54,487 bases of DNA from Octopus bimaculoides (Eukaryota). A program made the translations under genes and the position numbers. The stretch covers positions 111,944,073 through 111,998,559 of the forward strand of contig NC_068981.1 of assembly GCF_001194135.2 (NCBI RefSeq). Reading direction: 5' to 3'. The notes beneath the pieces are model-generated. The model saw only the letters and a list, made by a program, of their open reading frames with translations, had not been told where the DNA came from and ran no database searches. Shown here in pieces: positions 34,757 to 47,058 of this stretch; position 1 is the stretch's first letter, and the number at the start of each line of letters is the position of its first letter.

Positions 34757-36216
34757 CATAATCATCATCATTTTACGTCCATTTTCCATGCTGGCATGTG
34801 TTGGACAGTTTGACTGAGGTCTGGAAAGCCAGCAGCTAGATGCCCTTCCTAATGCTAACCACTCCAAGAGTGTAGTAGGTGCGTTTTACATGCCACCGGC
34901 ACAGGAACCAGTCAGGTGGCCCTGTCATCAATCACGTTAGGATAGTGCTTTTTACATGCCACTGGCACGGGAGCTAGTCAAGGGGCACTGGCATGTACCA
35001 CGTTCGGATGATGCATTTTACTTGTCACCAGAACAGGAGCCAGTCAGGGAGCACTGGCCACAGCTATGATTTTGGTTTTACTTGACTCAACAGGTCTTTT
35101 CAAGCATATCATATTGCCCAATGCATAAAGTCATGCAACACTGGCAATTGGCCATGACTGCAATCTCACTTTAGTTTTCGGGTCTTCTCAAGTGCAGCAT
35201 ATCTCCAGAGGTCTCGGTCTCCTGTCATTGCGTCTGTGAGGCCCAATGTTCGAAGATCATGCTACACCACCTCATCCCATGACTTCCTGGGTCTACCTCT
35301 TCCATAGGTTCCTTCCACAGTTAGGGTGTGGCACTTCCTCACACAGCTGTCCTCATCCATACATACACATGACCATACCAGCACAGTTGTCTCTCTTGCA
35401 CACCACATTTGATGCTTCTTATGTCCAACTTGTCTCTCAGAGTGCTCACACTCTGTCTTGTATGCTCTCCTACATTACACATCCAGCGGATCATACTAGC
35501 TTCATTTCTTTCAAACCTGCGCATGTCCTCAGCAGTCATAGCCCATGTTTCACTACCATGTAGCATGACGGTTTGTACACATGCATCATACAGTCTACCT
35601 TTCATCCTGAGCAAGATGCCCTTAGTTGCAGCAGAGGTAGGAGCTCCCTGAACTTTGTCCAGCTATTCTTATTCTAGCTGCTACACTTTCAGAGCAGCTA
35701 CCCCCGCTGCAGACTTGGTTGCCTAGATAGCAGAAGCTATCAACTACTTTCAGTTTTTCCCCCCTGTCATCTGCTTTCTGTACATCATCAGTGCTTATTG
35801 CCCCTGTGCATCTACCACACCCAAAAACCATCTTCCTGGTTAACCTTCTTTTGATATTTCTGCACCTTTTATGTGAGCAGGGCCATCTACCTGAAGGGGT
35901 TTGTGATTTATCAGCTTTCGTACTCACTAAAACTTTGGTGTTTGATAGGTTAGCCCTAGGGCCCTTTGATTCTAGACCTTACTTCCACACCCTAAACTTT
36001 GTCTCTAGTTCTGGCAGTGACTCAGTTATTAGAGCAAGGTCATTGACATAGAGGAGTTCCCAAGGGCACCTTGTCTTGAATTCCTGTTATTGCCTGGAAG
36101 ACTATGATGAATAAGAGGGAGCTGAGGACTGATCCTTAGTGAACCCCTACTTCTACCTGGAATTCTTCACTATATTCATTGCCAACCCTCACCTTACTGA
36201 CAGCATCCCTGTACAG
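34757..36216 (-). mobile_element. Older 5'-truncated RTE-X LINE, copy 2
   Basis: RT C-terminus (GRLYDACVQTVMLHGSETWA...) plus a diverged 3' UTR and (GAT)n tail. Confidence 0.88.
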
Positions 36217-36229
36217 GGATCAATAGTTA

Positions 36230-36560
36230 GTATTTGATATGTTCTTTTGTTTTTATAACTGCTTTAATGCATTTTTGCATACGTGAGACTAAGTTGTGTC
36301 TGGGTGAATTTTCTGCCACACTTCATGAATTTTGGCTTCTAATTCACTTTTTGAAGAACATTTGTGCACCCTCCTTTTGTACCTAAATGCCACCACAAAT
36401 GTTCAGTGGGATTGAGGTCTGGAGACTGAGGGGCCATTTCATCACCTTCATCCCTTTCTCCTCAAACCAACCCATTGAGATTCTGAATGTGTGGTATGGA
36501 GCATTGTCTTGTTGAAAGATTACACCATCTGGGATGTTATCATTCAGAATTTTAGCTAAG
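36230..36560 (-). mobile_element. Tc1 transposase fossil, C-terminal piece
   Basis: GVIFQQDNAPYHT...WFEEKGMKVMKWP.QSPDLNPTE.LW. Confidence 0.8.
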
Positions 36561-36570
36561 GAAAGTTTGA

Positions 36571-37056
36571 TTAGATGGAAAAATGTGAGCATGAAAAGTC
36601 ATCTTCTTGAGATTATAAACATGGAAAAGTACAGGCAAGTTATTACACCTGTAAAAGTGTAGGACAAGCTATTACTTCTAGTAAAGTAAATTTTTTACTT
36701 AAAATATTGCAGCAAAGAATGCCAGTTCTAATTTATCACTCTTTACAGTTCTCATTTAAAAAATTATTGTACAAAACTGTTCAGCTAATTTCTAAATTTG
36801 TGTAATTAGTCACTTTTTTCTGTATTTAATTCTACTTAAATAAGTGTAGTGTTATTTGTAAACTATAATGAAATAAGTCTTAATATTCAAATTTTAATTT
36901 TAGCTGCAATATTTTAAGTAAAAAGTTTCTTATTCTTTACTTTACTAGAAGTAATAGCGTGTCCTATACTTTTACAGGTGTAATAACTTGTCCTGTACTT
37001 TTCCAGGTTTATAATCTTAAGAATATTACTTTTCATGCTTGTATTTTTCCATGTAA
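36571..37056. mobile_element. Foldback/MITE with ~150-bp TIRs
   Basis: GCATGAAAAGT...GATTATAAAC.TGGAAAAGTACAGG.CAAGTTATTACACCTGTAAAAGT.TAGGACA.GCTATTACTTCTAGTAAAGTAAA is mirrored at 36930-37040. Outer ends are approximate. Confidence 0.8.
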
Positions 37057-37409
37057 TCCATGATTTTTCCAGGCATTGCTGTTATAAGATAATTAATAAT
37101 GTGTCAATTAATAATTTAAGATTTTACCTTATAAACTACTGAAAGATAATATTTCAATTTTTCATGTAGATGATAATATTTCAATTTTTTTCTTGTTTAA
37201 TTTAAATATATGTTGTGATTGAATTATTTGATGTTACCCATCCACACCAAATCAATGGCAGGGATTTTTACCATGTTGTTGATTGCACCATGGCTCACCA
37301 AAAGTTAAAAACAAGACCCTAAAACAATCAGTTACCAGGCTCACCTTAAGTAACCTAATTTTGCAATATTAGGAGGTCACAGGAATTCATTCAACGGGAA
37401 TTCATTCGT

Positions 37410-37812
37410 GGGAGTGGCTGTGTGGTAAGTTGCTTGCTTACCAACCACATGGTTCTGGGTTCAGTCCCACTGCATGGCACCTTGGGCAAGTGTCTTCTAC
37501 TATAGCCTCGGGAATGGATTTGGTAGACGGAAACTGAAAGAAGCCCATCGTATATATATATATATATATATGTATATGTATGTGTGTGTATATGTTTGTA
37601 TGTCTGTGTTTGTCCCCCCAACATCGCTTGACAACCGATGCTGGTGTGTTTACGTCCCCGTAACTTAGCGGTTCAGCAAAAGAGACCGATAGAATAAGTA
37701 CTAGGCTTCCAAAGAATAAGTCCTGGGGTCGATTTGCTCAACTAAAGGCGGTGCTCCAACATGGCTGCTGTCAAATGACTGAAACAAGTAAAAGAGTAAA
37801 AGAGTAAAAAGA
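37410..37812 (+). mobile_element. Near full-length tRNA-derived SINE with CORE-like segment, internal microsatellite and (AAAAGAGT)n tail
   Basis: A-box-like TGTGTGGTAAG, B-box-like GGTTCAGTCCC, CACCTTGGGCAAGTGTCTT segment, 3' TGACTGAAACAAGTAAAAGAGTAAAAGAG. Confidence 0.85.
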
Positions 37813-38299
37813 ATGATTCCATGGGTGGGGGGGCACCTCATTTTTTCCGAAACATAATAAGGGATTTGCAGCATATTAGGTCAGGGTACTTGATTCAATG
37901 CAAAAGATCAAATTTTTTTTTCTTGTAGGTTTTAATATAGAAATTGTCCATAATGTTGTTATTTAGCCTCAGTTCAACCTTGATACTGCAAACGTATCAT
38001 CAAAGACATTCCAGCCTTCAGCAAACCATCTTTTTAGGGATAATCTAGGATATTACATACAATGGGCATGTGATTTAAGTAGGAGGATACTTTGGCTGCT
38101 ACTTTTAGCGTGTCGAGCAACCATGTAGAGGCTCTTTCATTGGTTCAATTGCGTGATGAGATTTTATTACACATATATGTAATATGTATATATACCATCA
38201 GAAGAAGTTAGAGAGTTAGTCAAAAGCTGAGAGTTTCGTGTATTGGCACTTACCAAACACAAATTTGTCCAATGTCACTCTGTAACTTCTGACGGAATA

Positions 38300-38740
38300 A
38301 CTTCTAAAATACAAAATTTTGTCAAAAACGTTATGAGTAAACCCTGTTCTATGTGACACATTCCACCAGTATTGGAAGTTTGAAAGTGTTTAGTTAAAAA
38401 AATTGATTAAATAATCTGTACGTCTAATTGAATAGATCGAAAATGGATGAAAGGCAAAGTCAACCTTGGCGGAATTTGAACTCAGAACATAAAGACAAAC
38501 GGAATATTGCTTCTAAAATAGAAAATTTTGTCAAAGACGTTAAGAATAAGCCCTTTTCTATGTGACATATTCTACCAGTATCGGAAGTTTGAAAGTGTTT
38601 AGTTAAAAAATAATTAATTAAATAATCTTTACGTCAAAGTCGACCTCGGTGAAATTTGAACTCAAAAACATAAAGACAGACAAAATACTGTTAAGCATTT
38701 TGCCCAGTTTGCTAATGTTTCTGCCAGCTCGCCACCTTGG
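38300..38740 (-). mobile_element. Duplicated MITE-TIR/SINE junction (second tRNA-SINE family)
   Basis: Two ~210-bp diverged units starting TTCTAAAATA(C/G)AAAATTTTGTCAAA (38302, 38511), similar to the 25148 MITE TIR. Each is followed by SINE head sequence (reverse complement of TTCTGAGTTCAAATTCCGCCAAGGT). Confidence 0.65.
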
Positions 38741-39159
38741 AAAGTAAACATTTATTATACAAATATATTCTTTATTCTTATTGCTGAAGCATTACTCCCT
38801 TACTTCCTGACATGAAATTTTGTAACATTTTACTTCGTAACTCTTTCTATACTAATTTTTGTTCAATGCAACTAGCGATTCTGAATTCCTCATGCATTTT
38901 TCCATCATTTAAGCCTAAGAAAGGTATACTTTTAATCTAAAATTTTAAAAAATTGTGTTAATTGAAGATGAATATCTACCTTGCTGCCCCGCCCTTTGAG
39001 GTCACAGATATTTTGACATAACTTTTTTCTACTGAACCAAATCTCAAACTATATATGCCAAAGTGTAGCTGAGGAAGTGTCCTCTTTAAAACTATTAACA
39101 GTTTGCAATTTAGTTGAGAACTGAATTAGTGGTGAAGCTTGGAAGCTGCTGCGATTGAC

Positions 39160-39370
39160 AACATGGTGGGCTTAATATATTCAACCACTACCATGGTTGA
39201 ATGATAAACTTGATCTAACATAATGGTGTAATTGTTGGAATTCATTCTGCCCTCACAAGTGAACAACATTCCTGGGCCTGAAGACATACAGCCCCAAACC
39301 CTTATGCTTCTTCCTCCAAATTTGACTGTTGAGACCACACATCCAGGATGATAAATTGGCTATGTCATTT
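39160..39370 (-). mobile_element. Tc1 transposase fossil, middle piece
   Basis: VSTVKFGGRSIRVWGCMSSGPGMLFTCEGRMNSNNYTIML. Confidence 0.8.
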
Positions 39371-39379
39371 TGTTTGAAG

Positions 39380-39724
39380 TTAGCATAAAGTGAAAGAGAG
39401 AGGAAATGGACATGTACATGTGTATGTGTTGATGGGGGGGGGGACAGAAAGTGTGTGTGTGTATGTGTGTGTTACTGTGTATTTGTGTGTGAGAGAGAGT
39501 GACAGCATACATTTTTTAAATTTAATTTTTCTTGCATCTTTTTTGAGTGAATGTGTGAGTGAAATTGACTGAGAGAGAGAGGTATGTGTTGTCAGAGAGA
39601 GAGAGAGAAAATGTGTATTGCTGTGTGTGTGTGTGTGCGACAAAGAGAGAGTGAGAGAGAGAGAGAGAGAGAGCGTAAATTTTATTTATTTACCTGATCT
39701 CCTATCTTATTGAATGTGTGATTG

Positions 39725-39759
<35 letters not shown>

Positions 39760-40110
39760 GTGTCTTGCTCTGTGTGTGTATGAGAGAGAGAGAGAGAGAG
39801 AGTGATAGCATAAATTTTTTTTATTCATTTAGTTTTTCTTGCATCCTTTTTTAGTGAGTAAGTGTGAATCATTGACTGAGAGAGAGAGAGGTGTTGTCGT
39901 ATGTTTAAAATGGCTAGGGTCAGTCACACACCCACACAAATACATTCGTACACCCATTATCTGTTATATACACGTACATACATAAATACATAGGCATACA
40001 TGTCTTTTATATGTCTGTGTGAGGGAGAGAGAGAAAGTGTCAGAGTGACTGAGTGAATGAAGGTGTGTGTTCTCATGCCTATTTTGTTTTGCATCTCTCT
40101 CTGACAACAC

Positions 40111-40157
<47 letters not shown>

Positions 40158-40208
40158 AGTGAATCACACTAAAAAAGATGCAAGAAAAAGTAGATAAATG
40201 AAATTTAT

Positions 40209-40239
<31 letters not shown>

Positions 40240-40640
40240 NNNNNNNNNNNNNNNNNNNNNNNNNNNNNNNNNNNNNNNNNNNNNNNNNNNNNNNNNNNNN
40301 NNNNNNNNNNNNNNNNNNNNNNNNNNNNCCCATTATCTGTTATATACACGTACATACATAAATACATAGGCATACATGTCTTTTATATGTCTGTGTGAGG
40401 GAGAGAGAGAAAGTGTCAGAGTGACTGAGTGAATGAAGGTGTGTGTTCTCATGCCTATTTTGTTTTGCATCTCTCTCTGACAACACACCTCTCCTTTCTC
40501 TCAGTCTCACACACTCAAAAATGATGCGAGAAAAAATAAATAAATAACAAAAATTTATGGAATTTACCGAACACCATATGGTAACAGCTGAGCTGCGCAC
40601 GCGTGCCTTTGAGTCAAAACGAAAGATTGCCAATAAGCTT
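39380..40640. repeat. (GA)/(TG)-rich element with subrepeats in inverted arrangement
   Basis: Units of the form AGCATA.ATTTT...TTTTTCTTGCATC.TTTTT.AGTGA at about 39500, 39670 and 39805; reverse-complement units at about 40160 and 40510. Confidence 0.55.
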
Positions 40641-40769
40641 TCTCAACTCTACGGCAAGCAAACAGCCCCAACATTTACTGATCATTTTTGGTATTCAATA
40701 AAAAAATTTGTACAAGTGTAAGAATTTCAGTTATACCTAGTAAAGTGGTTGAAATGAATATGGAGAACC

Positions 40770-41200
40770 TACATCAAAATTACTTTCATCATTCCAAACA
40801 ATTTTAGCCCAATCATCATCAGTCCAATCATCATGCTCTTTTACCCAAGACAGTCACTTCTTCATGTTCACCTCCGACAGCAGCGGTTTCTTGCTGGCCT
40901 TACATCCTTTGAGCCCAGTTTCTAACAACCTTCTTCTCATTGTGTGGTTAATATTTGTTCGTTGCCACCCGAAACTCAGCAGCTACATCAAAAGAGATCT
41001 TTTTCCTACCTGCCAGAGATGTCCTCTTCAGCAACTTATCTTTCCTTGTCGTTGTACACTTTATGTGACCATATTCTTTGCAGTTTTTGAAAGCACTAGT
41101 CTCATTGTACCTTTTGATGGACATCTTTTCTTGAGCATTTCAATTTTTTTGCAATTTCAATTTGGGAGAATCCTTCACTGGATAATGAAATGATTTGTGC
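40770..41200 (-). mobile_element. Tc1 transposase fossil, N-terminal piece
   Basis: MRRRLLETGLKGCKASKKPLLSEVNMKK*LSWVKEHDDWTDDDWAKIVWNDESNFDV. Confidence 0.82.
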
Positions 41201-41631
41201 CCTTTGAGATTCAGGAATCTGTTTCTTTGAATGCATTTTCAGCAAATATTAACCACTGATAAGTTATCAATAACATATTCACTGAAAAAATAGGAAAATT
41301 TTTAGTGTCACACAAAGAGTGGCAGAAAATTGACTCAGTCACTTGCACCAATGTACTTTCAAGTATGCAAAAACACACAAAAGTGGTTATAAAAGCAGTA
41401 AGAGGACACAACAAATACTAATTATTGATGAGATAGACTCTAGAATGTTTATTATACTGTTTTCAGTTATTGAGTAAATGAGTTTCAGGCCAAAGCTGTA
41501 TGCATATATGTATGTGTGTGCGTGTGTGTATATATATATATAGGTATATATATATGTGTGTGTGTGTATATATGTATATATACATATGTATGTGTGTGTG
41601 TGTGTGTAAGTATGTATATATGTATGTATAT

Positions 41632-42120
41632 ACGAGGAAGTACCCGAAAGAAATTGGAATTTTGCAATATTATTTTATTCACTTAGTTTTGCATGTTTAT
41701 ACTTTTATCACCATTAAAGTATTCTCTATTTGAAGCAATGCATTTGTCCAGATGTGTTTTCCACTGTTCAAGACAGTCTTAGACCTCTTGTGAAGTGATA
41801 CCTTTTAATACCTCCATTGTTTGTTTTCTCCATCTCTTCCACATCTGCAAAACATTTTCCTTTAAGGACTTTTTTCATTCAGGATAACAACAAAAACGAA
41901 GTTGCAGGAAGCAAGATCGGATGAATAGAGAGAATAGGTAAATGGTCAAAAACTGTCTAACATTCAAGGGTGTGTGTGCAGGTACATTGTCGTGATGAAA
42001 ATACCACTCTCTACTTTGCCACTGGTTGGGGAGTTTTCATCTCACCGTGTTTTAGAAATGCTTTAGAACTACCAAGTAAAATGTCTGGTTAAACACAAAC
42101 CACTTCAGGTAGATGGCCCG
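41632..42120 (-). mobile_element. mariner fossil, 3' part with TIR
   Basis: YSSDLASCNF...KVLKGKCFADVEE (YSPDLAPCDF-like); terminal TA-CGAGG.....CCGAAAG. Confidence 0.65.
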
Positions 42121-42254
42121 GCTTGATCTGTAGAAAAAGTGTAGGTAGAAACTCTATAAGATGTACCCAGTACAAGCTATGGACACATAAGAGGTGCAGC
42201 AATATCAAAGGCAGGTTAACTAGGAAGTTTTTACATGTGGCAGATGTTCAGATA

Positions 42255-43397
42255 GGTTGGACGATTTGACTGAGGACTGGTGAACCAGATGGCTACACCA
42301 GGCTCCAATCTGATTTGGCAGAGTTTCTACAGCTGGATGCCCCTCCTAACGCCAACCACTCCGAGAGTGTAGTGGGTGCTTTTACGTGCCACCGGCCCAA
42401 AGGCCAGTCAGGAGGTACTGGCAACGGCCACGCTCGAAATGGTGTATTTTATGTGCCACCTGCACAGGAGCCAGTCCAGCGGTACTGGCAACGAACTCGC
42501 TCGAATGTCTTTTCACGTATTCAAGTACCAGGAAGGCAACATTGGTAACGATCACGCTCAAATGGTGCTATTTACGTGCCACCGGCACGGAAGCCAGACA
42601 GATGGTGCTCTGGCAACGATCACGCTCGGACGGTGCTCTTAGTGATCTACTGGTACAGGTGTCATCACGATTTCGATTTCGCTTGCCCCAACAGGTCTTC
42701 GCAAGCCGAGTTTAGTGTTCAATGAAGAGACGTTGGCATGGGTACCAGTTTACAAATTTAGTTCGATTTCGATTTCACTTGCTTCAACAGGTCTTCGCAA
42801 GCGGAGTTTAGTGTCCAAAGAAGGAATGTTACTCGTATGTGGGCTGGCTACATCCCTGGCAGAGGCCTTGGAGTTTGGTCTCACTTGGCTTGCCGGGTCT
42901 TCTCACGCACAACATATTTCCAAAGGTCTCGGTCAGAAGTCATTGCCTCGATGAGGCCTAATGTTCGGAGGTCGTGTTTCACCACCTCATCCCAGGTATT
43001 CTTGGGCCTGCCTCTTCCACGGGTTCCCTCAACCGCTAGGGTGTGGCACTTTTTCACACAGCTATCCTCATCCATTCTCGTCACACATCCATACCAGCGC
43101 AATCGTCTCTATTGCATAGCACAACTGATGCTTCTTAGGTTCAACTTTTCTCTCAAGATACTTACACTCTGTCGGGTATGCACATTAACATTATTCATCC
43201 ATTGGAGCATACTGGCTTCATTCCTTGCGAGCTTACGCATGTCCTCAGTAGTCACGGCCTATGTTTCACTGCCATGTAGCATGGCTGTTTGTACACATGC
43301 GTGATACAGTCTGCCTTTTACTCTGTGTGAGAGGCCCTTTGTCGCCAGCAGAGGTAAGAGCTCTGTGAACTTTATTCTTATTCTAGCAGCTACACTT
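42255..43397 (-). mobile_element. 5'-truncated RTE-X LINE, copy 3; extreme 3' tail missing
   Basis: RT C-terminus (RWYGCVTRMDEDSCVKKC...GRGRPK.TW) plus an expanded 3' UTR. Confidence 0.9.
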
Positions 43398-44070
43398 CAA
43401 CCTCAAAGATCATAAAAAGGATTTTATCACAAAACCGTCTATATGCCTAATATGCCCTACCAAATCCGACCTCGGAAGGGTCAGCAAAAATATTCTGGAC
43501 AAAATAATACCTGTTGTCAAAGAGAAATTAAACGCTAATCTATGGTACCATACTGGGGAGGTCATTACATGGTTTCACACCTTGGATAACAAAAACTGTT
43601 TTTCATTCGTTCAATTTGATATTAACAACTACTACTCCACTGTCTCTCCTAAACTTCTTAATAAGGCTATTCTTTTCGCTAGGAATTTTACTAACATAGC
43701 CCCACTAGAAATCAACAGAATACTTAATGCACACAAAACACTTATATCCTTCGAAAACAAACTCTGGTGCCAAGCTAACCAACATAATAATAACTGTAAC
43801 AACTTGTTCGATGTAACCATGGGATCATCCAATTCCGCTCAGGCCACTGATTTAGTTGGGTTATATATACTTCACCAACTGCGCTCACATTTCCCTAAAA
43901 TCCGAGGAGGTCTGTATAGAGACGACGCCTTTACTTACCAAGACCATTAATAAATCTTCTCTGGAAAGGACTAGAAAAGATCTACACAAATTCGTCTCTA
44001 ATCTAAATCTATCCATCACATTTGAAAACGCATATAAAACTGCTAACTTTCTAGATGTTATTCTAAACTC
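43398..44070 (+). mobile_element. Penelope-like RT fragment
   Basis: LKDHKRDF..KPS..LICPTKSDLGRVSK.ILD, FVQFDINNYYSTV, FDVTMGS..SAQATDLVGLYIL...GGLYRDD, NFLDV.L. Confidence 0.88.
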
Positions 44071-44079
44071 CCTCTTCTC

Positions 44080-44965
44080 TCTCGCTCTCTCAAACGCATA
44101 CATGCACACGTACACACAAGCATTTACTACAATATAACTCCTGTTCATCAATGTTTTGTAAATATACAAACTATGGAGCTTATGTAGACAGGACAACACT
44201 AGGGTGTTAGGGTTATGGTTAGGGGTTAGGTTAGGATTAGGGTTAGTGTTACGGTTATGGTTAGGGGTTAGGTTAGGATTAGGGTTAGTGTTACGGTTAC
44301 GGTTTTAGGGTCAGGTTTAGGGTTTTAGGGTTAGGGTTACGGTTTAAGGTTACGGTTAGGATTAGGGTTAGGTAATCGTGCGGGTGTTAATCTGAAAAAT
44401 TACCAAAATGTGAAAACTACCGACCCTGTCATCTGTTATAACTTTTGTTGTTCTGTTTAATATGTCTCCAAAGAAGAGAGCTTGCTGGTGAAAGAAAGCA
44501 ACCAGTTTAAAAAGACAGTAACAGACTGCAGCAATTCACCACATTCCAGAAGCTACTTTGAACATAATGCAAAATGGTGCATCAACATCTACCCAATCTG
44601 CTAGAATTCTGGCAGAACTGTGTAGCAAGAGATCACCAGCAATTGCTTCATCAGAAATTGCCGTCCTACCTCCTGCAAAAAGAGATTACCCTGCTATGTA
44701 TAATCACGGAGGCGCAAAAAGTTGTTTTGCACAAACATTTGTATAGCCAATTAGACAGATGAAATTTACGTACATTTAATAATGTTACGCAAAACAGCCT
44801 TCAGACTTTCCCTATTAATTTCATCGTCTTTTGAATTATGAACATATTTACATCATAAGGGTTTTTTCGTTATAAGGCTTTCTTTTTTAGTTGATTTTCA
44901 CCTAGCAAGACATATCGTAGATGGTGTAATAAGTCACACCTGGACAACATCGGGTTATACTGCTA
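44080..44965 (+). mobile_element. Helitron-like element, 3' end defined, 5' end not found
   Basis: CCTGGACAACATCGGGTTATACTG-CTAG^T resembles the 24088 terminus. Confidence 0.45.
44200..44372 (+). repeat. Degenerate (TTAGGG)n-like array with an exact 42-nt higher-order duplication
   Basis: GGTTATGGTTAGGGGTTAGGTTAGGATTAGGGTTAGTGTTAC at 44211-44252 and 44253-44294. Confidence 0.85.
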
Positions 44966-45220
44966 GTATTTAAATATTTTCAAAAATTTATAGTGATACC
45001 TGTTAATATATAAATATCTATATATTTATACTTGAATATTTATCATCTGAAAAGTTTCAGTCTTTGCTTTCTATTTACATGTGTGCTTGTATTTTGTATA
45101 TCAAACCCAAGCTGTTTTTTGTATGTTTTACATCATTGCCTCTCTCTCTCTTTCTCTCTCTCTCCCTCTCTCTCTCTCTCTCCCTCTCTCTCCCCCTCTC
45201 TCTCTCTCTCTCTCTCTCTC

Positions 45221-46030
45221 ATGGGGCAGTGTCCAGTGTATATGGCAGGTGGGGCATTGTTTCCCATTCAAACTGCTCCAGTCTTTGGAATGTTATCTTT
45301 GCTGTATGTCACCAAGCATTATCCTGATGGAAGAACACTTTCCGTCTTGAAACCAAAGATGGTCGTTTTTCTTCTAATGCTGGCAGATGCTGCCTGCAGT
45401 AGGTCTCCTTTTTTATCATTTGGTTTGGATTTAAAAGTTCAAAGTGGACTAAACCTTTCATGCTCCACCAAACAGATAACAACACCTTACATGGGTGAAG
45501 ACCTTCTTTAGCCTGGGGTGCTGGTGTTTCTTCTGTCTCTACTCACTGTCTTCGGTACTTGATATTTTGATAGAGAATCCATTTCTAGTCAGTAGTCATT
45601 ATTTGGTCCAAAAGAGGTTCATTTGTGAGACATGGCAGCAAAGAAGAGAACACATTTAGTCTCTGCATGTGATTAGACTTGGAAAGTTTGTGAGGAACAA
45701 ATTGACCCAATTTTCTGACTTTTCCGATGGCACACAGGTGTTGATGAATGGTTCAATGACCAAATCCAAGCTTTTTTGCTAGTTCCTCAAGTTATGATGG
45801 GTTTTTGTTCCACCAGGGTTTACAAGATGTCCTCATCGAGCTCCACAGATCTTCCAGTATGAGGCTCATCTTCTAGGCTGTAGTTTCTCGTTCAGAATTT
45901 CTGGAACCACTGTTGACGCTGGCTTACACTTATTGTCTGATCCCCATATACTGCATTAATATTCCTCACATTTTCCGTTGCATTGTTGCCTTTATTGAAC
46001 TTATAAAGCAAAATATGCCAAATATATATA
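45221..46030 (-). mobile_element. mariner transposase fossil
   Basis: GQFVPHKLS (WVPHEL), IMTTD*KWILY, KVLLSVWW, FFHQDNAW*H, HLPYTLDTAP (YSPDLAP). Confidence 0.85.
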
Positions 46031-46237
46031 TGCCATTATAGCTTTGAGAAAATAACTGTAAAGTTCGAACTGCACTCTTCAAAACTTGCACTAAGAATAA
46101 GTACAAGGTAAAATTACTACCTGCATTTACAGCAACTTGATGCAGGTAGTTTATCCTGTTCCTTTCCGACTTTTAGTTCATGCAATTGAAAAAAACGCAT
46201 TATTTATGGGATGACCCAATATATACACATATGCACA

Positions 46238-46560
46238 TCATCATCATCATCATCATCATTTAATGTCAATCTTCCATGCATGCTGACTAGGTAGAAAAAC
46301 TATCCTAGGCTACTGTGTCTGTTTTGGCAGGGATTTTATGGTTGGATGCCCTTCCTAACAGTAGACTCAGTGCTTTTTATGTGGCACTAGCACAGGTGAG
46401 GTTAGTTTTGGCATTATTTTTACAGCTGGATGCCCTCTCAAATGCCAACCATGTTACAGTGTGGATTGGATTCTTTTAACATGGCGCCAGCACTGGCAGG
46501 GTAACCAAGTAACTCACAAGACAAGGAATTATGAGAGGGGCAGGGCATTTGAGGAGGGGA
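46238..46560 (-). mobile_element. Old RTE-X 3'-end copies
   Basis: (CAT)n, then GGATGCCCTTCCTAAC and a second TACAGCTGGATGCCCTCTC...GCCAACC module. A further stub lies at 46697-46745. Confidence 0.6.
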
Positions 46561-46839
46561 ACTTGTATGAGAGGATGAAAGGTTAGAGTGTGACAAAGAC
46601 AGAAGCATGTGTCTTGCCAAAACAGAGAGGGGACATTAGAGGAGGTGATATATACCTCTGTGTGTGTGTGTATGTATACACACTTGTGCACACACATTAT
46701 CATCAGTTTTAATGCCCATTTTTCCATGCTTGTATGTGTCAAACAGGCTTATTGAGAAAAATGTTCTTGCAGAATACTGGTAATGAATAACACTATGCTA
46801 CTGACAATCATTTACGTATATCAAGACAAGCTGACATAA

Positions 46840-46898
<59 letters not shown>

Positions 46899-46908
46899 AA
46901 TACCACAG

Positions 46909-47058
46909 CCTTCTTTCAATTTCAATCTACCATATCTACTCATAAGGCTTTGGTTGGCTCTGGAGCTATAGCATGGGACACTACTATAGCCCCAGTGGGA
47001 CTGAATCCAAAACCAAATGATTGGATTGCCAGCTTCTTAACCACACAGGCATGCCTAC
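46909..47058 (-). mobile_element. Degenerate tRNA-SINE head
   Basis: Reverse complement TGTGTGGTTAAGAAGCTGG...TTCAGTCCCACTG...CCAACCAAAGCCTT...GAAATTGAAAGAAGG. Confidence 0.6.

Noticed and set aside
39951-40493. ~165-bp identical duplication (39951-40115 and 40329-40493) across a gap
   Set aside because: Identity and position beside a gap suggest mis-assembly; needs long reads.
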